Source: Halalkalibacterium halodurans
Lineage (GTDB): Bacteria > Bacillota > Bacilli > Bacillales > Bacillaceae_D
NCBI RefSeq assembly: GCF_004376175.1
Contig: NZ_SNUY01000050.1
Coordinates: 1 to 30,177, forward strand
Direction: 5' to 3'
Length of the DNA stretch: 30,177 nucleotides
Positions 24,460 through 30,177 of the stretch are shown in pieces. Under the pieces are notes generated by a model. It saw nothing but the letters and a program-made list of their open reading frames with translations, did no database searches and had not been told where the DNA came from. How positions within the stretch are numbered: the stretch's first letter is position 1; every line of letters starts with the position of its first letter. The translations under genes and the position numbers were made by a program.

Positions 24460-25467
24460 ATGTTTTCAAGTGCAGAAATTGGGATTGATTTAGGAACAGC
24501 CAATCTTCTTGTATATAGCAAAGATAAAGGAATTATTTTAAATGAACCATCAGTTGTTGCCATGAATGTGGAGACGAACGAAGTACTCGCTGTCGGACTT
24601 GAAGCGAAAAACATGGTCGGAAAAACACCTGGAAACATCGTTGCCATGCGTCCATTAAAGGATGGAGTCATCGCCGATTTTGACGTGACAGCCACGATGT
24701 TAAAACACATTATGAAGCAGGTGAGCAAATCGGCTGGACTTTCGATGCGAAAGCCTAATGTCGTGGTCTGTGCTCCTTCTGGATCGACGTCTGTAGAGCG
24801 TCGCGCGATTCTCGATGCTGTGCGGAGCTGCGGAGCGAAACAAGTGGAAATTATTGAAGAGCCTGTTGCGGCTGCCATCGGTGCAGACCTTCCAGTGGAC
24901 GAGCCTGTCGCCAATGTAGTCGTTGACATTGGCGGTGGAACAACAGAAGTTGCTATCATTTCCTTTGGCGGTGTCGTCTCCTGCAATTCTGTCCGAATCG
25001 GTGGAGACAAAATCGACGAGGACATCATTCAATACATTCGAAAAAACTACAACGTGTTGATCGGTGAACGGACAGCCGAACAGGTAAAGATTGAAATCGG
25101 ATACGCTCCAATTGATCACGAAGTCTTGACAATGGAAGTTCGTGGCCGGGATTTAGTGTCGGGCCTACCGAAAACGATTGAATTGAAATCAACGGAAATC
25201 CAGTATGCAATCAATGAATCATTACTGCAAATTCTTGAAGCCTTACGCGCCACCCTTGAAGATTGTCCACCTGAACTGAGTGGTGACATTGTCGACCGCG
25301 GTGTCATTTTAACTGGCGGGGGCTCGTTGATGAATGGTTTCCAAGAGTGGCTCACTGATGAAATTGACGTACCTGTTCACCTTGCACCTAGTCCGCTAGA
25401 AGCTGTTGCGATTGGAACAGGGCGCTCGTTATCCATGATCGCAAAACTACAAAAAGTGACGGTGTAA
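24460..25467 (+). CDS. mreBH: Actin-like rod-shape-determining protein, MreBH paralog
   Basis: [34 protein letters not shown] ... [16 protein letters not shown] ... ILTGGGSLM is near-collinear with B. subtilis MreBH as I recall it. The ATG at 24460 has GTGGTGA 8 nt upstream. Confidence 0.92.
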   Translation: MFSSAEIGIDLGTANLLVYSKDKGIILNEPSVVAMNVETNEVLAVGLEAKNMVGKTPGNIVAMRPLKDGVIADFDVTATMLKHIMKQVSKSAGLSMRKPNVVVCAPSGSTSVERRAILDAVRSCGAKQVEIIEEPVAAAIGADLPVDEPVANVVVDIGGGTTEVAIISFGGVVSCNSVRIGGDKIDEDIIQYIRKNYNVLIGERTAEQVKIEIGYAPIDHEVLTMEVRGRDLVSGLPKTIELKSTEIQYAINESLLQILEALRATLEDCPPELSGDIVDRGVILTGGGSLMNGFQEWLTDEIDVPVHLAPSPLEAVAIGTGRSLSMIAKLQKVTV

Positions 25468-25481
25468 TGTACGAAACTCGA

Positions 25482-25506
25482 GGGGCTGCTCAAAAGCAGC
25501 CCTTTC
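25482..25506 (+). terminator. Hairpin terminator between the convergent mreBH and GH95 genes
   Basis: GGGCTGCT-CAAA-AGCAGCCC followed by TTTC. Confidence 0.65.
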
Positions 25507-25618
25507 ATCCATTCATCGTTAAAATCCGTCCATGATTGAGCGCTTATTCTTTATTATTTTTTTAGCCTCCTTAAGTATACTCGTCTAAGCTTTCCACTTC
25601 TTGTTCATGATCCGTTCC

Positions 25619-28006
25619 CTAAAAATCGCCATCCGTTGTTCGGTTTAAGACGTACCGCTTCCCCTTCTCCACTTGGAAGCTCATTCGTCCAGAGTCCAAA
25701 ACATCCCCTTCTACCTCTTCACCGCTCTCGGTTATTCGCATGTTTATTCGAGTAAGCACTTCACACGTTTGCGTTTTAGTTGAGACGATTTCCACCTTGA
25801 CCAGTGCTCCATTCGTCCAAGCTAAATCAACTTCATATCCTCCTCTGCCTCGTAACCCTTTCACATACCCGTCTTTCCATGAATCAGGAAGCGCCGGGAG
25901 AAACTCGAGGTAGCCTTGATGCGATTGTAAAAGCATTTCGGCGATACCAGCTGTTGCCGAAAAGTTTCCATCGATCTGAAAAGGTGGATGGGCACCGAAT
26001 AAATTAGCGTATACACCACCGCGATGTTGCATCGATTCATCCTCTTTAATAAGCTTTAACATGTTTGAGAGTAACCGCTCGCAGCGATTCCCATCTTTAA
26101 ATCTAGCCCATAAGCTAATTTTCCAACCTAGACTCCAGCCTGTTCCTTCGTCACCTCTAATTTCAAGGGACGTTTTGGCTGCTTCAAAAAGATTTGGCGC
26201 TGATTGCTCTGTAATGAGCCGCCCTGGGTAAATCCCGACAAGGTGGGAGACGTGACGATGATGAACATCTTCGTCTTCGAAATCGTTCGACCATTCCTGT
26301 AATTGGCCGCGCTTACCGATTTGAAGCGGCAACAGCCGTTGCTTCGCATCAGATAAGGCCTTTACAAAATCTTCATCGATTGAGAGGCGTTTTGCCGCCT
26401 GAATGCAATTGTCAAAGCATTCTGCGATCAATGACAGATCCATCGTCGTCGCAGAACTAACGGCATAGCCCTTTTCTCCAATCCGGAACCGTTGCTCGGG
26501 AGAGGTCGAAGGTGAAGTGACAAGATAACCTGCTTCATTCTCAATCAACCAATCCAAACAGAATAACGCCGCCTCCTTCATAATCGGATATGCCGTATCT
26601 CGCAAATATGCTTCATCTTCGCCAAAAGTGTAATGTTCCCATAAATGTTGGGTTAACCATACACCACCCATCGGCCAAAACGCCCAGACCGGATCTCCAT
26701 GACCAAAATCGCCAACTGGTGCTGTTTGTCCCCACAAATCAGCATTGTGGTGCGCCACCCATCCTCTTGCGCCATAATTTATTTCAGCTGTTTTCTTTCC
26801 GTTCGCTGCCAACCTTTCGATAAAATGAATTAACGGTTTATGCAGTTCGGCTAGGTTGCAAGTCTCCGCCGGCCAGTAATTCATCTCCGCATTAATGTTT
26901 AACGTATAGTTGCTGCTCCATGGCGCCCGTGTTTCTTCATTCCAAATCCCTTGTAAATTGGCAGGTTGGGTTCCTGGACGAGAGCTGGCGATCATTAAAT
27001 ACCGACCATACTGGAATAAGAGCTCCACCAACCCAAGATCACGGCTACCATATTCCTTTATTCGTTGATCGGTTGACATGTCCGCTGGGGCTATGCTCTC
27101 TCCCAAATGCAGCGAAACCCTATTAAATAGCTTCGTGTAATCTTCAAGATGACGATTAACAATCTCTTTATATCCTCTCTTACAAATCGCCTTGATTGTT
27201 TCAATTGTGCGCAAGCTAGGATCTCGTTCTAAGCAGCTCGCCCCTGTACTTGGATCAAAGGAAGTCGACGCACTAAAATATAAAGTTGCACAAGTCGCCC
27301 CCATTACGTGCAATCCGTCGGCATCTACTTTCAACGACCCACCTTCGTTGACGGCAGCAAGTCTCCCGTGAAACTTCATCCCCTGCGACATATCTGGATG
27401 TCCGTAACGTACAGGATTCTCTTCATCATAGTAACTAGGTGACACGTGCTCTGGTGCTGTGCCGGATATCGTATAGTGTTCCGCACCAACGCTCGATACA
27501 TGTCTCAGCAGACTATCCAGCTTGGCCCGGAAACTGAGGAACCCCTCCTTGCTTGCGGTTAAACGAACGACGATGGCTCGGTCAGGATACGTTACAAATA
27601 GTTCACGGGTATACTGTACGCCACCAATTGTGTAAGTAACGGTGACGATCCCTGTAGATAGATCTAGCTCTCGGTGATAATGAGGAGCCACAACTTGGCC
27701 ATGATCCATGAAAATGTTCAAATCGCCAAAAGGTAAATAGGATTGCGTATAAGGACCCATCATGTCCCTTGAGAGCTGATCTGCTTCTTCATACTTTTCT
27801 TGTGCGATCAGCTCTCTCACTTTCGGCAGTACCTCCTTCACCCTTGGATTATTCCAATCCTTCGGGTAGCCTGACCATAACGTGTCTTCATTTAAAGCGA
27901 TACGCTCCTTCTCGACCTTTCCGAATACCATCGCCCCGAGGTTACCGTTCCCTATAGGTAGCGCTTCCGTCCAAAAACTAGCTGGAGAATCGAATTGAAT
28001 CTTCAT
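25619..28006 (-). CDS. Glycoside hydrolase family 95 protein (alpha-L-fucosidase/galactosidase-like), cytoplasmic
   Basis: [46 protein letters not shown] is the hallmark GH95 N-terminus. The product is about 795 aa with the central (alpha/alpha)6-type region [15 protein letters not shown]. The ATG at 28004-28006 has GGAGGGA upstream. Confidence 0.9.
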   Translation of the reverse strand: MKIQFDSPASFWTEALPIGNGNLGAMVFGKVEKERIALNEDTLWSGYPKDWNNPRVKEVLPKVRELIAQEKYEEADQLSRDMMGPYTQSYLPFGDLNIFMDHGQVVAPHYHRELDLSTGIVTVTYTIGGVQYTRELFVTYPDRAIVVRLTASKEGFLSFRAKLDSLLRHVSSVGAEHYTISGTAPEHVSPSYYDEENPVRYGHPDMSQGMKFHGRLAAVNEGGSLKVDADGLHVMGATCATLYFSASTSFDPSTGASCLERDPSLRTIETIKAICKRGYKEIVNRHLEDYTKLFNRVSLHLGESIAPADMSTDQRIKEYGSRDLGLVELLFQYGRYLMIASSRPGTQPANLQGIWNEETRAPWSSNYTLNINAEMNYWPAETCNLAELHKPLIHFIERLAANGKKTAEINYGARGWVAHHNADLWGQTAPVGDFGHGDPVWAFWPMGGVWLTQHLWEHYTFGEDEAYLRDTAYPIMKEAALFCLDWLIENEAGYLVTSPSTSPEQRFRIGEKGYAVSSATTMDLSLIAECFDNCIQAAKRLSIDEDFVKALSDAKQRLLPLQIGKRGQLQEWSNDFEDEDVHHRHVSHLVGIYPGRLITEQSAPNLFEAAKTSLEIRGDEGTGWSLGWKISLWARFKDGNRCERLLSNMLKLIKEDESMQHRGGVYANLFGAHPPFQIDGNFSATAGIAEMLLQSHQGYLEFLPALPDSWKDGYVKGLRGRGGYEVDLAWTNGALVKVEIVSTKTQTCEVLTRINMRITESGEEVEGDVLDSGRMSFQVEKGKRYVLNRTTDGDF

Positions 28007-28139
28007 AAAGTTTTCTTCCCTCCTACGATTGTTACATAACATTTTTTAACTTCATCTTCCCAGAATCGAACGTTTGTAACCATGTCAGAATTATAGATGA
28101 GAAACCGTTACATTGACACTGCACTTTTTTTGCGTTTAG

Positions 28140-28938
28140 TATAATAAATTCACTTTTGGAGCAGCCAAACAGTTAAACTATGTCCAATCAAATGTAACTG
28201 CTCGATTACAAAAGCTAGAAAATGAACTAGGCGTTTTGTTATTTTATCGAAAACCAAAAGGAGTCCAATTGACAGAAAAGGGCGTCCTTTTTCAACAATA
28301 TGCTGATTCTATTTTACGAATGGTCGAAGAATCAATCCGAGTATTACAAGATCATGAGCAGCCCAATGGCTCCCTTCGAATTGGTGACATGTGGTCATTT
28401 CATCCCTCTGATTGCGTCTTACCAATCAACATACAATCAAGTCGAGCTTAGCATTGAAACAGGTCAAACTCCTCAATTATTGGAGAAGGTTAAAGAATAT
28501 GATTTAGACGCTGCATTGGTTACAGACATACCTAGCTTCCCTTGGATCGAGATAGACGAAAGTTGGACAGAAGAGCTTGTCGTCCTATCGCACGATGAGT
28601 TTAATTTTACAACACTGCTTGATCGGAAATGGGTCGTTTCTTCATCTGGGTGTCCATTTCGAAAAAGGTTGGAGGAATGGTTGCAAGATGAGGGAGGATC
28701 ACTTGAGAACTATCTTGAGATTCACTCACTTGAAATATTATTAAGTAGTGTCAAAGCTGGCTTAGCGGCTACCCTCCTCCCTCGGTCCGTATTAAAAGGC
28801 GCCTACGAAGATCTTTACGCTTTTCCAATCCCTGAAAAATATCGTTACATGACGACTGCGCTTTTGCGAAGAAAGGAGAAACATACAAGCTATGCCTATC
28901 AAGCCTTTTGTGAAATGGTGAAAAGAGACGGAATATGA
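28140..28938 (+). pseudogene. LysR family transcriptional regulator, decayed: N-terminus missing or interrupted, plus an internal frameshift
   Basis: Frame A (28140-28451) encodes KFTFGAAKQLNYVQSNVTARLQKLENELGVLLFYRKPKGVQLTEKG ... GSLRIG, which is LysR HTH helices 2-3 and the linker, with no start codon after the TAG at 28137-28139. Frame B (28387-28938) continues TCGHFIPLIASYQSTYNQVELSIETGQTPQLLEKVKEYDLDAALV, the LysR substrate-binding domain. The frame switch falls within about 28380-28400. Confidence 0.75.
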
Positions 28939-29095
28939 AAGATACAGTGTTGGCAAATCCTGCTGTCATCTATGAGTAAGGCTTTACAATAATCGATCCT
29001 ATTTTTTGTCCAGCAAGTATGCCGTTAGAAAAAGAATCGATAACCGGCTAATAGTAGCAGCCCAGAAATCAAGGAGGTGATGATCTGTTTCATGC

Positions 29096-29224
29096 TTAAC
29101 TGAACCGCAAACGACGCACCCATCTCCTTCTTAAAGCCGAAAGCGTGACCGCACACGAAGAAAGAGTTGAGGCTAAATAAACAAGGACAACCAGTTCACC
29201 AGTTGAGACCGTAGACAGTAACAC
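29096..29224 (-). CDS. Candidate 42-aa hydrophobic peptide with an Arg-rich tail (speculative)
   Basis: SD AAGGAG lies 5 nt before the GTG at 29222-29224. Translation is (M)LLSTVSTGELVVLVYLASTLSSCAVTLSALRRRWVRRLRFS. A second 22-codon hydrophobic ORF (29025-29093, MKQIITSLISGLLLLAGYRFFF) begins 2 nt after its stop. Confidence 0.2.
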   Translation of the reverse strand: MLLSTVSTGELVVLVYLASTLSSCAVTLSALRRRWVRRLRFS

Positions 29225-29245
29225 CCCTTCTCCTTCATTATATTG

Positions 29246-29268
29246 AAAAAGCCCGCCAAATGGCGAGC
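29246..29268 (-). terminator. Terminator after the GNAT fragment
   Basis: The minus strand reads GCTCGCC-ATTT-GGCGGGC followed by TTTTT. It lies 20 nt after the stop at 29289. Confidence 0.6.
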
Positions 29269-29288
29269 TACGATGAACAACTATAAAA

Positions 29289-29468
29289 CTAGGATCTAGT
29301 ACGAACCAATGGCTGATGTTTCTGCTCATAATCTTCACGTATGATCGCATAAACCTTGAAATCTCGATGCGCCCCTTTGACGTAGATGGCGCGGCGATGG
29401 GTACCCTCATAGATCAACCCCGCCTTTTCCATCCGTATTGTCAAAACTTTATATAAAAATAGGTTATT
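29289..29468 (-). pseudogene. C-terminal fragment of a GNAT (RimJ/RimL-type) N-acetyltransferase
   Basis: TIRMEKAGLIYEGTHRRAIYVKGAHRDFKVYAIIREDY matches the conserved C-terminal block of RimJ/L-type acetyltransferases (S-I-R-V-x-E-K-x-G-F-x-x-E-G ... D-x-x-x-Y). The roughly 100 N-terminal residues, including the acetyl-CoA binding motif, are absent, and the sequence upstream is AT-rich and IS-adjacent. Confidence 0.6.
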
Positions 29469-29469
29469 A

Positions 29470-30177
29470 AATCCTATATTAGAGGGCTTTATAAGCAAAA
29501 AAATTGCCACCCCCTTAAATTCTGTAGATAATTGAGGTTACCACAACACCCAATTCCAGAAAAGGAAGTGACAATTTGTACCCTCAAATTATAACCTATT
29601 TATTAACTTTTATAAACTATCAAGAACAAATTATTCGAACTTTGCTTACTCTTTTGATTGGAAAAAGCATGTTCGATAAACCAAAAGAAGCTCCTGTTAA
29701 TCAGCCTTATCGAAAGCTTCAAATTGATGATTTACCTATCATTGAAAAACTAGAAAGGCTCGATTATCAGCTTTTATTAGCGGAACACCTTCAATCCAAA
29801 GGGAAACCGTTAAAACCAGTACAGCGACGAGCGAATTCTACGCCCGTACCGTCTACCTTATGTTGTCCGAAGTGTGGTGCTCCTTCTGCGTATTTGTACG
29901 CAAATAACGGAGGAAAAGGACAATATCAGTGTAAGGTGTGTTCGTGTGTTTTCAATAAAAAAAGTCGTTATCAGAAAGAGGCCATTCTTAAGTGTCCTCA
30001 CTGCCTTAAACCGCTTGAAAAAATTAAAGAACGAAAAGATTTTCACGTGTTTAAGTGCAAAAATGATATGTGTACCTATTATCAAAAAAACTTGAGCGCC
30101 ATGACCAAAAAAGAGAAAAAACAATTTAAAGAAGATCCACAATCGCTGAAAGTACGCTACATTTACCGGAAGTTCCA
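29470..30177 (+). mobile_element. Left part of an insertion sequence (continues beyond the window; exact terminus not determinable)
   Basis: The GNAT reading frame is lost abruptly, and a transposase-like ORF follows. No right end is available to define the inverted repeats or a target duplication. Confidence 0.5.
29576..30177 (+). CDS. Putative IS transposase, N-terminal part with two zinc-ribbon motifs (3' partial, open at the window end; family unresolved)
   Basis: The reading frame is open from 29528 to the end of the window, which is why it is missing from the ORF track. The start could be TTG 29576 (SD AGGAAGTG) or ATG 29669. The sequence contains CCPKCGAP-x17-YQCKVCSCVF and KCPHCLKP-x14-FKCKNDMCTYY, followed by the basic region KKEKKQFKEDPQSLKVRYIYRKF. 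Zinc-ribbon N-termini of this kind occur in IS1-, IS1595- and IS6-like transposases. Confidence 0.5.
   Translation, partial: MYPQIITYLLTFINYQEQIIRTLLTLLIGKSMFDKPKEAPVNQPYRKLQIDDLPIIEKLERLDYQLLLAEHLQSKGKPLKPVQRRANSTPVPSTLCCPKCGAPSAYLYANNGGKGQYQCKVCSCVFNKKSRYQKEAILKCPHCLKPLEKIKERKDFHVFKCKNDMCTYYQKNLSAMTKKEKKQFKEDPQSLKVRYIYRKF

Noticed and set aside
24348-25028. 226-aa minus-strand ORF, with neighbouring minus-strand ORFs at 24700-25119, 25025-25210 and 25116-25355
   Set aside because: These lie entirely antisense to the well-supported mreBH gene. They have a low-complexity Ser/Thr/Ala/Pro-rich composition and no SD, and are typical shadow ORFs.
28113-28145. Perfect TTGACA and TATAAT hexamers upstream of the LysR remnant
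   Set aside because: The 21-nt spacing is incompatible with a sigma-A promoter. I note it only in connection with the T7 tract in the LysR finding and do not call it as a promoter.
29096-29410. Full 104-aa version of the minus-strand ORF
   Set aside because: Its first 60 or so codons overlap the GNAT fragment in another frame and cross the terminator at 29246-29268. Only the last 42 codons, which follow an SD, were kept as a low-confidence candidate.
1-30177. Window-wide search for CRISPR arrays, tRNA/rRNA genes, prophage modules, restriction-modification or other defence operons, and toxin-antitoxin pairs
   Set aside because: I found no regularly spaced direct repeats and no cloverleaf or rRNA signatures. 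None of the roughly 35 credible proteins shows nuclease, helicase, methylase, phage-structural or TA hallmarks. Claiming a novel defence system here would be unsupported.

Overview
The window is an ordinary chromosomal segment of an alkaliphilic Bacillus. From memory, the 196-aa RNase H1 with an N-terminal hybrid-binding domain (7840-8430) matches the crystallised Bacillus (Halalkalibacterium) halodurans enzyme, and 13356-14441 is an alkaline subtilisin, so I treat the window as B. halodurans-like. No search was run to confirm this.

Gene content, left to right:
- a split chromate transporter pair, a divergent Lrp/AsnC regulator and a GGT-like amidase (ywrABCD-type synteny)
- a 5'-truncated abgT remnant
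- a class-3 aldehyde dehydrogenase and an unknown membrane protein
- rnhA
- a MATE efflux pump
- a DUF1992 gene with a bile-acid:Na+ symporter
- a polysaccharide deacetylase lipoprotein
- the alkaline protease
- a small-molecule/detox cluster: PurM-like protein, DCC thiol oxidoreductase, AraC regulator, PhnB-like protein, VOC protein and an alpha/beta hydrolase
- a DeoR regulator with a Cof phosphatase
- glcT-RAT-ptsG
- mreBH
- a GH95 fucosidase-like enzyme
- a decayed LysR gene
- a GNAT fragment
- the start of an IS transposase that runs off the window

I see no CRISPR array, tRNA or rRNA gene, prophage, or recognisable defence or toxin-antitoxin system, and I cannot support a new multi-gene protein system here.

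The most unusual signals are non-coding:
- An inverted pair of a 190-280 bp structured intergenic repeat brackets a 7.2-kb ten-gene segment, and its terminator hairpin is flipped between the two copies.
- A 150-nt nested palindrome sits at the left edge of the window.
- There is a patch of gene decay (abgT, LysR, GNAT) together with the IS edge.
- Several short ORFs with good ribosome-binding sites fall below the ORF-track cutoff.

All homology statements come from by-eye motif recognition, not database searches.
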